Assembly (NCBI GenBank): GCA_964218365.1
Contig: CAXPMI010000031.1
Span: 9,940 to 73,939, forward strand
Reading direction: 5' to 3'
Length of the DNA stretch: 64,000 bases
Origin: Candidatus Poseidoniaceae archaeon
Lineage (GTDB): Archaea > Thermoplasmatota > Poseidoniia > Poseidoniales > Poseidoniaceae
Made by a program: the position numbers and the translations under genes. Position 1 is the stretch's first letter; each line of letters begins with the position of its first letter. The notes below the pieces were generated by a model. It was not told the DNA's origin. It made no database searches and saw nothing but the letters and a program-made list of their open reading frames with translations. This document shows positions 29,701 through 38,991 of this stretch, one piece after another.

Positions 29701-32146
29701 TGAGTGGCATTTTAACCGATACAATTCCCTCGCTGTCCGTTGTTGAAGTACAATTTCCGATATCGAACTCGACGATACCTCCGCCATCACTCTCAACCGA
29801 ACACGAATCGCCACGTAGCCATCTAAATGCTGGGTTTTCCCCATATGAATTATTCAAACCAATCGTAGCCTCAGTGACACGGTCAACCAAATCCCCGTGT
29901 GCTAATCTGACTACTAAATTTCTGTATACACCATCAGGAGCAATCAAGCCTCCTTCTAGGCTTGCATCCAATACTCTAGTGTTGAGTCTGTATTTGATGT
30001 CAAGCTCAGTAAGTTTGACTCTTCCTGGGGTATTTGCTTTGACTGCTATGGGTATTTCGACTGTGCCAATCCCATTCTCCGGGATGTGGTCGTTAAATGC
30101 ATCTACAAGGCTCGGAGTTTCAGATACTACCGTTCCAACCGGAGAATCATCAGATGCAACAACCGAACTCTCATTCAAGAATAGAATTGACTTCCAATCC
30201 CAGTCACCATCATCTCCTACATCCAACTGAGGAGCGTCGGGATACCCTTCTTCATACCACAAGATGAAGGAGTCTACGGCAGGAGTGACTGTATTGTCAG
30301 TAGTTCCCAAAATTATGGAATACAGGAGTTCATTTCCAGCGCCGGAGGTTGAAAATGAAACTTCTTGATTGTTTGTTGCAGACTCCCACGTTGAGCCGTT
30401 ATCGTTAGAGACCATTACGCTAATGCTCGAACTTGAGGGCTCATCTGCTGTCCAAACGGCTCTAACTTTACCGACATTAGTGCCTGTTGAGACCTTTTGG
30501 CTTGTCCAGTCTCCAGAGCTTTGGTATGAAGTAGCGTATTCAAGAGAGACCCACCAAGATACAGCTGATGAACCAATGAGTTGCATTTTCCAAACTAATT
30601 TATTTCCTGGGTGTGTGAAGTGAATGGTTTGGTTTTTCTCAACTGCTTCCCAGTGAGTACCGTTATCTGCACTTACCCAGTAGTCAACTCTGTCACCTTG
30701 TGATGGAGCAGACCAGTGGTTCATGAAATTAACAGCAAGAACGTCATCTTCGGTTACTATAGTCTCACCGATCCATGTTGTGGTACCAGGTGCAGGTGTT
30801 GTAGGGTAGGAAATTCCGATTCCAAATTCACGGTAGTAAAGAGTCTTTGAATTCCATGTTGAATATCCAGTATCAACTGTAATGATTCTCTCACCGTTGT
30901 AGAAGAGTCCAAGTCCTTTCGCAGATATATCCTTAGTTCCGGTTTGTGGCACTAGTGAGGAAGAACTGCCTGAAATGGCCCAAGCGCTTAGTTGGTCTGT
31001 ATCTTGGTAGTAACTACCTTTCATGCATCTCATGTAGAAGAAGCCGGCATGAACTACAAGTCCGTGCACGTTGCTGGAGGTTTTGCCACACTCGGTGCTA
31101 GAGGATGAGCTTGAAGTGAATGAATACTGTTCTTCTCCTCGAGTAAATTGTCCATTATCTCCAAAATCGTAAGACACGATTCTCCTCTGTTGTCCATGAG
31201 CAACCCAAATTTTGTCACTATCCCTGTCATATGAAATCGCACTGTACTCGCCATATTGCGGTGAAATGTCGTAGGAGTCAACACAACGCCAAACCCAATC
31301 ATCAGAGACATCTATTGCCAGAACTCTGCTGTGCTGAGTTGGGTTTGAATTACCGTACATGTACTTGTATGTTGTAAAAATCCCATACAGCATTTCTTCG
31401 TCATTAATGGTCCAATCTTTGAAGCCGTAAGACTTGTAATAAGTCGAACTTGGATCCTGTGGCAGAGTACAAGCCGCTTCCTGTTGCAAGTCAACAACGA
31501 TATCCCTCGTAACGTTGTTTGGGTGCATTCTTGTTACTACCTTGTCAAACTGGGTGCCAGTAAATGTTGACATGAAAAGCCAATCATGGTTCTCAAGAAT
31601 TGCCCCTTGGCCTTGAGCCATCAAGTTTGAACTTGTCATTTTGACTTGATTGCTGAACCTTGATTCAGTGGAGTTTGCGGTGTGAGGTTGGCGTATCGCA
31701 AAACTACCATTGTCCAACCAAGCATCAGAACCAGGTAGAGTTTCTTCATTCATCCCATGAGATAAAAACTCTACATCACTATCATCGAATCCAAGGGTTA
31801 GATCTCCACTTCGTGCGTCACTTTGACTAGACACACCATCCATCCATTCATCATATGTATCAGTTGATACTTGGGACCAACCTGTTGATGAAGCACCAGA
31901 GAGTGTTACTTGCACATCGAGCACTTCAGCCCCCTTTGGGATTGCCACTAAAGTCGTCTTGTCTGCTCCTCCTTGATACAGTGCGATATTTTCAATACTC
32001 CCGTCAGAAAAAGTGTAAATGTGGCGAGATGAACCGTTTGCTTCCGCCTCGGTGATGAACATCTCTGAAAACGGACTCATCGGCGTAAGAACGAGAATGA
32101 ATACCATAATCGACAGCGCGGCACGAGATGAAAATTTCTGCTTCAT
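26789..32146 (-). CDS. Giant (1785 aa) single-pass surface protein with a Pro/Trp cytoplasmic tail
   Basis: Signal peptide; Asp-box-like SADNGTHW and SNDNGSTW; TM near the C-terminus; tail PPLPPTGLPEGWTMEQWNHYG. Confidence 0.85.
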   Translation of the reverse strand: MKQKFSSRAALSIMVFILVLTPMSPFSEMFITEAEANGSSRHIYTFSDGSIENIALYQGGADKTTLVAIPKGAEVLDVQVTLSGASSTGWSQVSTDTYDEWMDGVSSQSDARSGDLTLGFDDSDVEFLSHGMNEETLPGSDAWLDNGSFAIRQPHTANSTESRFSNQVKMTSSNLMAQGQGAILENHDWLFMSTFTGTQFDKVVTRMHPNNVTRDIVVDLQQEAACTLPQDPSSTYYKSYGFKDWTINDEEMLYGIFTTYKYMYGNSNPTQHSRVLAIDVSDDWVWRCVDSYDISPQYGEYSAISYDRDSDKIWVAHGQQRRIVSYDFGDNGQFTRGEEQYSFTSSSSSSTECGKTSSNVHGLVVHAGFFYMRCMKGSYYQDTDQLSAWAISGSSSSLVPQTGTKDISAKGLGLFYNGERIITVDTGYSTWNSKTLYYREFGIGISYPTTPAPGTTTWIGETIVTEDDVLAVNFMNHWSAPSQGDRVDYWVSADNGTHWEAVEKNQTIHFTHPGNKLVWKMQLIGSSAVSWWVSLEYATSYQSSGDWTSQKVSTGTNVGKVRAVWTADEPSSSSISVMVSNDNGSTWESATNNQEVSFSTSGAGNELLYSIILGTTDNTVTPAVDSFILWYEEGYPDAPQLDVGDDGDWDWKSILFLNESSVVASDDSPVGTVVSETPSLVDAFNDHIPENGIGTVEIPIAVKANTPGRVKLTELDIKYRLNTRVLDASLEGGLIAPDGVYRNLVVRLAHGDLVDRVTEATIGLNNSYGENPAFRWLRGDSCSVESDGGGIVEFDIGNCTSTTDSEGIVSVKMPLRVNWTWDDERKMEAIVSLSDDLGPQVSGWTTDTLALNIENDIQLDGMRVWEETGRGLFSGDWVRGGLNISITGGINFENSAFSPRAGEFTLRVIGQNVTYDGDPIGEPTVLHTEGNPGFGQYNMTFASPIESEPGGMVLYVEATELENGSTYVNPGYNTIKLIFDGNAPLVLFASPESSSEMHKGPPSPGGQAIEIIIQDSVAPPQTVDLHYWIGCEAGVNERCDDSNFNGLAEPIEYRSKTLTTPEILPGGLNVFNGLIDDSMLVHGDKVAFYVTGKDGQNNTIAMGGSPVCDVESGGFCGDKPGEVKPDWDNSLSWYTIREEFEPIMDVDNSTITGHDDMAPLHPGIPYTATFMISDINGWWDVEFVHLALAGDFDDDETSIFAYISQNSMGMPEMYLESGGTGLAVSNLYSSIILDPELQSRMIVSIKFQLTWNFPEVWDTNGNEHFIPKVWIEDKSCGIDTDLPCNIHKAGLGNDLWSLDNDLRFDTQPGHILAIELRDGTNHYNPEFDESLIGAGQALRFSGRVIFSEDETPAPAGSFTISLGDFENEWTTTSREGGYFSIDMLVPDVRSGHLDLRAKLKDLPGLAEDESEFKPRLRLAVDSERPSIHAVTLGGIEPNQEIPISLANNLQVMLETRDDQGFSLDDPAVLHYLVRAGEAEISRGSSPLPDTTPFEDQFFWTGYLDLTDGGATMLLPSYTIDVWVTGSDESGNPYDSEGNTVADPLASWPLALTGPEVSLRAADTTWEWSNPTPTPNEAVSLTIEARNTGASGTVTFVLQRLVSGDDWATISSSSIQISSGKTAQVRLEATADGAVDDTLEHRILLLDSGVEKERISISPLLVKEEVERDGTALANQVADSQLSVIMYLIALVSMSFAVWTMVQMRRIRRGEEVDESDQTAEVIENMDTKMVPEIQQAAPVAPVQNEPLAPQGAGAATPPLPPTGLPEGWTMEQWNHYGHQYLQNSK

Positions 32147-32210
32147 AGACCATCAACCAATATTCCGGTATAATTCATAGGTCTTGAATTAACCGGCGAA
32201 AGGTCACAAT

Positions 32211-32240
32211 CAGAAATCCCCCCTTTAGGGGGGAATTCTG
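32211..32240. terminator. Hairpin CAGAAATCCCCCCT-TT-AGGGGGGAATTCTG 3 bp downstream of the 1895-aa gene
   Basis: 14-bp arms with one mismatch. The terminator role is inferred from position only. Confidence 0.5.
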
Positions 32241-32243
32241 GTC

Positions 32244-35200
32244 TCATGACGTATTACGACTGTCGTACCTTATTGGTGAGGAATCGCCACGACTTCCATC
32301 TTCTTCGTCGTCCTTTACTTCGAACCAATCTACTAGCCAATCGCCATCGGTGTCCCAATTAAGTGGGTCACTACCCTCTGCGATGTGGTCATCGTCGAGA
32401 TCTAACAGGTACCAACCGAACTCGTGCTCTCCAAGGTCCACAGCAGGAGCACGGTTTGTGCTTCCAGTGTAATACAAATCCCAGTTATCTGTGACGTCTC
32501 CTGAACACAATAATACATCATTTCCTGAGTCCAAAACTAGGAAATCAGTATCCATGTCATCGATGATTAATGCATAACTTAAGTCATCGATGTTTTTCTT
32601 GTTCATGCTGAGATAATTTGTCTGGTCTTCGGTGTTTTCGCCCAATCCTAGAGTGAAAGCTCTAAATTGCCACCATTCTGTAATCGGCGACCCATCCCAT
32701 GTCTCTCCAGAGAGTCTTACAGAGTCTGGGGAGTCTAGATTTGGATTTGCAATCGCAAAGAATTCCATGAAATTAGTGTAAGCGGTATATTCACAAGTTG
32801 CACCACTACAGTCCCAATTTCCATCTTGGTCTGGGTCTTCATTAGCATCTAGAGGATCTCGTGGGTCAAAAGTAGCCCAAGTCCAACCCAATTCAGGACG
32901 AGATAGTGTCCCTGAATCCTGCGATAAAGGTCTACAGGAAACCGTTGAGGAGGTACAGGCTCCACCTGTACCAGGATCTATCCACTGAACTTCAATTTTC
33001 AATCTTGATGAGAAGTTATCATTCGACTCATTCCATCCTTTTTCGTATTCGTACCAATCCGGCAACATATCGCCATCAGTGTCGTTATCCATTGGATTCG
33101 TTCCATACTTGAAGACCTCTCTACCATCAGATAGATTCCAGTCACGGTCGTGAGAGATTACCTGTCCTGAACTGAGTACAGTGTTGAAGGTTACTGCATC
33201 ATAGTCCGAATCGTTTGTATCAGGCCTAGTGCCGTTTAGATACTCCATTAAGTTGGTAAATGGAAGGTCGCCAATTCCGCTTTGGATTATATCGCCTGAT
33301 GCTGTAAATTCTCTGTTTTCCCATACACCCTGAGGAGCAGGAATATCGAAAGAAGTTCGTCCGTACCAACCATCACTATCAGGGTCATAGTTTACGTCAA
33401 ATGGGTTGACTGGATTTGTTGACCAATGATTTTGAGTTGTTGGGTCCGGTAAACCGTAAACAGCATAACAGAATTCCCAACCATCATCGATACCATCTTG
33501 GTCTGAGTCTGAATTAGTTGGGTCTGTAATACCGAACAAGGTTCTGTTAAAGGTGTTTGAATCTGCCGAGTTAATCATTGCCATTCTAGCAGCAGAAATT
33601 GAGTCTTTACCACTAAAGGTATTGAATATTGCACGTCTTGCTTCAGCCTCTGTGTAACCCTCCTCGATATAGGCATCGATAGTATCGTCACCAAATCCAA
33701 TCAATCCTGACCCAGTCGTAAGTCGCTGCGAGAACTTACCGTAAACTCGAGATTCATATTCACGTTTGTTAGTGAACTGTTCCTCAAGAGAAATATTACC
33801 ATCTCTATCACAATCTACCGAGTCCATATCGCTGTCTAACCATTGGTCGGAATCGATCAATGGGTTCATTGACCACCGATTGTTTTCCAAGTCCCACTTT
33901 GTAAACCAATACTCGTAACCATCAATCATTCCATCGTCGTCCGTGTCAGCGATTGTAGGGTCTGTTATTCCCATCAAAGTTGAGATGAAATTATTGGCGA
34001 CACCTGTCGATTGCCACTCTTGGAACTCATCTAGGTGCCTATTTCCTCTTTGCCCCTTGTCGAGAATAATTGTATACACTCTCTGTGCCTTTTGAGTCGG
34101 GTCATTCAAGTCACCATCAATGTGCATTAATGGTGCATCAATCGGGTGGTTTTCTCCATTCTCAGGATTGGTTGTAACGAGCGAAAACTCTTGCGCATCT
34201 GTAAGAGCGTCATCATCTGCGTCGAATGAACCATCACCGGGCACTAGTGGATTTAGAGTCCAAGTCTGTGCTGTGTCATTCCACGCTGTGAACATCAGTT
34301 CCAAACCATCAAGGAATCCATCACCATCGGTATCAGGGTTTGTTGGATCTGTAGTCCATCCTGAGACATTGATTATGTCCTGTCCAACAAATGAGCCAAA
34401 TGATTCAGGATTCGTAATTCCTGCCCACTGTTGAAGGGTATATCCACTTCCAATTGTAGTTACATACCACTGGGGACTAGTTCGATTAGCATTGGTCTCA
34501 GAAAGTTCTGGAGAGATGCTATTGTACTCTTCCCAATTACTCATTCCGTCATCATCGGAGTCATCCCAGCGGTCGTTTGAGTTGAGTGGATCTAAGCTCC
34601 ATTTAGAATCCAGTAATTCCCATCTAGCGTACCAAATCTCCCAACCATCAGGCATTCCATCAGAATCACTGTCTGCATCTGTTGGATCACCTGTCAATAT
34701 ACCATCTCCAAAGTTATCCTCTGGTGCACCCCAATCGGAGATATTCCTGAACAAGTCTGTGGAGAAATTGTTAGGAAGAACTTCGCCATCCAGAGTCATG
34801 TTTCCATCAAACAAATCATCTCGAATATTGTATTCTAACCAATTCACGAATGCCTCGTTTTCTTCTATGATTCCATTGTGATTGATATCATAACCATCAC
34901 CGTCAGGATTTTCAAATGCATCACTTCCATTGAGCGGATTTATTCCAACTCTAGAAACATCCCAGGTACAAGCACCCCGGGCCTCCCAACCATCAGGCAG
35001 ACCATCTCCATCTGAATCTCTATTGTTGGGGTCTGGCTCTGCCCAGAGTTCGACAGCTGCTTCTGTTTCAAAGTGACTTTCAAGTAAATCTCCAATCAGT
35101 CCTGAATCTTTTACCAACGACCACTGATATTCACAAAGATTCGTCAATCCGTCGCCGTCTGCGTCCCATTCCGCATCGTTGGGGTCGCTTGGATCCATTG

Positions 35201-37931
35201 TCCAATTATTTGAACCAGTGAATGACGAACCAATCCATCTCCTGTTCTCTAATTCCCAGCCATCTGGCATTCCATCCCCATCAGAATCAGGGTTGGTTGC
35301 GTCGGTACCAGAATCGATACCCAGAGATTGAAGATATGTGTTGTTTGCAGCAAGACCTGCAGCATCATCACACACGTGTACGAAATCGTATTGGTTAGTG
35401 TAGTGGCAATTCAACGGAGTTACTTCATGAAATAGCCCGAAATATTCCGCTCCATCACCAACTCCGTCACCATCTGTATCAACAACTCTAGGGTCAGTTG
35501 CATTGTAACCATTTGCGGTTGTAGCAGTATATCTGAACTCATCCAAATTCCTCCACAGTCTTTCGTTGATAGGGTCACTATCTAGATTGACACCATCTGC
35601 ATCAGCGTCTAGAAGCGCATCCCATGGATCAGTTGGGTCTAGACCGTACCTAACTTCCCAACCATCCAACATCCCATCTGCATCTGAATCATTTGCCATT
35701 GGATCCATCAGTTCTAGATTCGAGAATTTTCCAGGTCCAATTCCAACAAATATCTTGTCAACTCCTTCTACCTGATAGACTATTGCTGCTGAAATGTAAC
35801 CCGGGATCCACTCCTGGTTTGTCATTCCATAAACTGCAGCATATCCGCCATTTATCGACCACAGACCCCATGCAGAACCGACTATGAGTTCGTTCCCGGT
35901 AGAATAAATCGAGGAAATATCGTTAGCAAAGTCGACTGTTTCACCGTCTATACCTTGATGTTCTAAGTCACCGCCAAAAGTGATTAGTCCAGAAAGAAGG
36001 TCATATCGGTGCAAACCTGAAGGGGTTCCTATCCAAACAACTTGCTCTTGACCGCCTTCTGGCCCGTCACCGAGTAGAGCGTTGACGTGTGCTGGATTTT
36101 TATCAACTTCAGCGCCTATAGTTCTGAGTTCATCAATATCCGTCGCAATTAGAGTTGGTTCTGGAGAGAAGTAGAATCTCCAGTTAGGTGTTGCTGCATC
36201 TCTAGCAGTATTTGTCTCGACAGTCAGTAGTCCTACATCTGTTCCAATGAATAAGGTCAGAGAACCACCGGTTGCATCTACATGTGCGATAGAGGTGACT
36301 GTAGCGTTCCCAGTGTTGAGTGCGTTTGTTATACCAGTTCCAACACTTAGTTGGGAAACAGAAATCTCATTGATTTGGAAAACAGAACCAAATCCAGAGT
36401 ATCCTAGGGCCAGGACGTAATCATCCCCTCCATCTGCAATCAACTGCGCACCAGCTGAATACCTTCCGGGATAGAATTCCCATTGGGTGATTGGCTCGAT
36501 TACTGCCTCGCTATATTCTGCTATCCAAACTCCAGCTTCAGTAACCATAACTACATGATTCTCTAAGATAATCATGTCATGTAAATCGTGCCCTTGGGGT
36601 AATTCGTAATCGGTAGAAACATCGTTATCGAAGTCGATTATTGAAATTCCTAACTTAGTACCCACCCACAATCTTTCACCGTCATCATGGAATCCTCTTA
36701 TGTCATGGTGTATTACTGAGACATCTTCTTCATCAGCTTCTTGTGATAGAAGATACTCTGTGTAAGTACCCTCAGTCGCACTAAGATCTGCAGACCTCAT
36801 TCCTGATTTCACCATGTTTCCATCGTCTAAATGCACAAAGTATTCTTCAAGAGTGGACAATTGTTCACCTAGGGCTAATGCTTCTTCGGAACGTTGTAAA
36901 TCAAGACTTATGATCCCATCTCTGTTGGTATCCCAACCATCGTTATCTAAGTCAATCAACGCGTTGGACCGATTTAGAGGGTCTAGTCCAAAGTGAATTT
37001 CCCAACCATCTGGGATTCCATCCCCGCTAGATGGGAATAAACGACGATGCTTTACACCGTCGTAATTGAATCTGTCACTATCTTCTTCAATTGGGTTGGT
37101 ACCAAGCCAAACATATTCATCGATAACCCCATCCGTGCCATTTCTAGCACAAGCATCAAGGATATTAGTTAGTTTGGTTGAATTAATGTTTTCTGAAATA
37201 AAAGGCCATTCATTCAATGGCGATGCACCTGGATTTGGTGCATGACATCTAAGCCCATCCAGTTCATTTGTCCAATTTGTAGGTGCACCAAAGAGGTATT
37301 CCTCAGGAGAGGTTAGTAACTCACTCACACTCATGAATCCATCTCGGTTTACATCGAATCCGTCGTCATCAGGATCTAAATCAGCATCACTGGCGTTCAA
37401 TGGGTCAAACATTTCACAGACGTATCGCTTTTCTTCGGTATCAAATCCACCGAGTTTTTCGCACATGTGTGCTTCATAGCCATCCGGCATTCCGTCTCCA
37501 TCGGTATCTGCAACTCTTGGGTCGAGGTACCAACGTTCACCAGACTCGTTGATTACTCCTGTAAGGCCTCTAGTAAATCCGGGGTCAACACATTCTGCTG
37601 GATAAGGCCAACAATATTCTTCCGTAGCATTCAGCCCATCGAGGTCTATATCGATGTAAGCGTCAGAAGCATCATCTCTGTCCATCCCTTTCATGACTAC
37701 AGCCCTATTATCTGGAGAAGAGAAGTTTATCCAGTCGCTGAACAAGTTCTCGTGCACATCGGGAATATTGTCTCCGTCTGAATCTGTAGCAGGAGGCCTC
37801 TCACCTTCCGTAAAATTAGGATTAGTAGTACCTACATTGGAGATAGCAGGTAATTGTGAAACAAAGAACAAACCTAGGACAACAAGAATAGTCATGAGAA
37901 GCGTTGATTGAGAGCGTCGCATTGTCATCAC
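32244..37931 (-). CDS. Giant (1895 aa) Ca-binding surface protein: many DxDxDG (TSP3-like) repeats around a probable beta-propeller
   Basis: Repeated D[ST]DxDG[ML]xDG[WY]E and DP..xxD units; LWVGTKLG, LFIGTDVG and VWIGTPSG blades; N-terminal hydrophobic anchor. True start probably 37928 or 37922. Confidence 0.85.
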   Translation of the reverse strand: MMTMRRSQSTLLMTILVVLGLFFVSQLPAISNVGTTNPNFTEGERPPATDSDGDNIPDVHENLFSDWINFSSPDNRAVVMKGMDRDDASDAYIDIDLDGLNATEEYCWPYPAECVDPGFTRGLTGVINESGERWYLDPRVADTDGDGMPDGYEAHMCEKLGGFDTEEKRYVCEMFDPLNASDADLDPDDDGFDVNRDGFMSVSELLTSPEEYLFGAPTNWTNELDGLRCHAPNPGASPLNEWPFISENINSTKLTNILDACARNGTDGVIDEYVWLGTNPIEEDSDRFNYDGVKHRRLFPSSGDGIPDGWEIHFGLDPLNRSNALIDLDNDGWDTNRDGIISLDLQRSEEALALGEQLSTLEEYFVHLDDGNMVKSGMRSADLSATEGTYTEYLLSQEADEEDVSVIHHDIRGFHDDGERLWVGTKLGISIIDFDNDVSTDYELPQGHDLHDMIILENHVVMVTEAGVWIAEYSEAVIEPITQWEFYPGRYSAGAQLIADGGDDYVLALGYSGFGSVFQINEISVSQLSVGTGITNALNTGNATVTSIAHVDATGGSLTLFIGTDVGLLTVETNTARDAATPNWRFYFSPEPTLIATDIDELRTIGAEVDKNPAHVNALLGDGPEGGQEQVVWIGTPSGLHRYDLLSGLITFGGDLEHQGIDGETVDFANDISSIYSTGNELIVGSAWGLWSINGGYAAVYGMTNQEWIPGYISAAIVYQVEGVDKIFVGIGPGKFSNLELMDPMANDSDADGMLDGWEVRYGLDPTDPWDALLDADADGVNLDSDPINERLWRNLDEFRYTATTANGYNATDPRVVDTDGDGVGDGAEYFGLFHEVTPLNCHYTNQYDFVHVCDDAAGLAANNTYLQSLGIDSGTDATNPDSDGDGMPDGWELENRRWIGSSFTGSNNWTMDPSDPNDAEWDADGDGLTNLCEYQWSLVKDSGLIGDLLESHFETEAAVELWAEPDPNNRDSDGDGLPDGWEARGACTWDVSRVGINPLNGSDAFENPDGDGYDINHNGIIEENEAFVNWLEYNIRDDLFDGNMTLDGEVLPNNFSTDLFRNISDWGAPEDNFGDGILTGDPTDADSDSDGMPDGWEIWYARWELLDSKWSLDPLNSNDRWDDSDDDGMSNWEEYNSISPELSETNANRTSPQWYVTTIGSGYTLQQWAGITNPESFGSFVGQDIINVSGWTTDPTNPDTDGDGFLDGLELMFTAWNDTAQTWTLNPLVPGDGSFDADDDALTDAQEFSLVTTNPENGENHPIDAPLMHIDGDLNDPTQKAQRVYTIILDKGQRGNRHLDEFQEWQSTGVANNFISTLMGITDPTIADTDDDGMIDGYEYWFTKWDLENNRWSMNPLIDSDQWLDSDMDSVDCDRDGNISLEEQFTNKREYESRVYGKFSQRLTTGSGLIGFGDDTIDAYIEEGYTEAEARRAIFNTFSGKDSISAARMAMINSADSNTFNRTLFGITDPTNSDSDQDGIDDGWEFCYAVYGLPDPTTQNHWSTNPVNPFDVNYDPDSDGWYGRTSFDIPAPQGVWENREFTASGDIIQSGIGDLPFTNLMEYLNGTRPDTNDSDYDAVTFNTVLSSGQVISHDRDWNLSDGREVFKYGTNPMDNDTDGDMLPDWYEYEKGWNESNDNFSSRLKIEVQWIDPGTGGACTSSTVSCRPLSQDSGTLSRPELGWTWATFDPRDPLDANEDPDQDGNWDCSGATCEYTAYTNFMEFFAIANPNLDSPDSVRLSGETWDGSPITEWWQFRAFTLGLGENTEDQTNYLSMNKKNIDDLSYALIIDDMDTDFLVLDSGNDVLLCSGDVTDNWDLYYTGSTNRAPAVDLGEHEFGWYLLDLDDDHIAEGSDPLNWDTDGDWLVDWFEVKDDEEDGSRGDSSPIRYDSRNTS

Positions 37932-38009
37932 CTAAGGGCGCGGTAGCACCCATGCAGTTTGTTACTATGGAATCAGCCTTAATAGAGTGATGGAGCAATG
38001 TTCAGACTC

Positions 38010-38028
38010 AGATTACCTTTGGTAATCT
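38010..38028. promoter_or_regulatory. Inverted repeat AGATTACC-TTT-GGTAATCT in a divergent promoter region
   Basis: Perfect 8-bp arms midway between divergent starts; operator role inferred. Confidence 0.4.
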
Positions 38029-38112
38029 AAAACGATTAAGCAAATCAATAGAAAATGAGAATTTCAAGGGGTGAGTTCAAGGGCCCAACGCGTTGCCGTC
38101 CCTTAGTTCGAG

Positions 38113-38931
38113 ATGTCACTAACATTCACCCACCTTGGGACTGGTAGTCGCGGTAATGCGACTCTAGTAGAGAGTGGTGAGGCAAAAGTACTGATTGACC
38201 AAGGTTTTTCCGGCAAACAACTCGAAACTAGACTTGCGAGGATGGAGATTAAACCGACAGAAATTGATGCGATTGTTCTCACTCACCACCATGGTGACCA
38301 CGGAGGGGGCGCATCAATCGCTCAACGGAGATGGAACATACCGATCTTTTGTAATGACAGGACTGCAACTGCACTAAATCTAGACCTGAAAGGTGTACAA
38401 CTTTTTGAGAGTCTAGAAGCACTCAATTTTGCAGATGACCTAGCACTTTTACCAGTACCAGTACCACATAGCGGTGCAGACAATGTGGCATTCATTGCAA
38501 GTCACAGAGGAGAAAGAGGTGCCGTAATCACAGATTTGGGTTCATGGACTGATGAGTTGGTTAATCATGTTGCAGGATGCCAACACATCTCAATAGAAGC
38601 TAATTATGACCATAACAGGTTGTGGAACGGCCCTTATCCAAGACGACTGAAAGACCGCATCGCAGGAAGAGGGGGCCACCTCTCTAATGACCAAACAGGA
38701 CAATTTCTTTCACACGTGGTAGACAAGAACACAAGATCTCTTGTTCTAACACACTTGTCTGAAAAGAACAACGCCCCCCACATTGCTGAATCTACAGTTC
38801 TATACCACATAGACGAGATTTTTGAGGGAGACATTCAGATTTCTCTACAAGATGGTCCTGAATTCTCTCACCACATCGGTCAAACCGAAAGTGAACGTGT
38901 TGCTCGGCGAGGATTAACACTTCGAGGATAA
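38113..38931 (+). CDS. MBL-fold metallo-hydrolase (YycJ/WalJ-like)
   Basis: LGTGSRGNA, THHHGDHGGG, ITDLG, IEANYD, GHLSN, THLSEKNN. Confidence 0.9.
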   Translation: MSLTFTHLGTGSRGNATLVESGEAKVLIDQGFSGKQLETRLARMEIKPTEIDAIVLTHHHGDHGGGASIAQRRWNIPIFCNDRTATALNLDLKGVQLFESLEALNFADDLALLPVPVPHSGADNVAFIASHRGERGAVITDLGSWTDELVNHVAGCQHISIEANYDHNRLWNGPYPRRLKDRIAGRGGHLSNDQTGQFLSHVVDKNTRSLVLTHLSEKNNAPHIAESTVLYHIDEIFEGDIQISLQDGPEFSHHIGQTESERVARRGLTLRG

Positions 38932-38978
38932 GCCCTGTAAGGGCTTGGTTTTGGTGAAACCCTAAGAGGGTGGTTCAC
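38930..38978. repeat. Two adjacent palindromes: AAGCCCT-GTA-AGGGCTT and GTGAAACCCT-AAG-AGGGTGGTTCAC
   Basis: The first overlaps the MBL stop codon; both share a CCCT-N3-AGGG core. Confidence 0.65.
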
Positions 38979-38991
38979 TCTCTCCTGCACA

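Noticed and set aside
32244..37931. Recurrent nucleotide motifs (CCATC..., TCCCAACCATC) as a CRISPR array or DNA repeat
   Set aside because: They are irregularly spaced, degenerate at third positions and explained by DGWE protein repeats.
37932..38112. Possible tRNA or ncRNA in the larger intergenic gaps (also 60461-60614)
   Set aside because: No cloverleaf, T-loop in context or recognisable C/D box pair found by eye; a covariance search was not possible.
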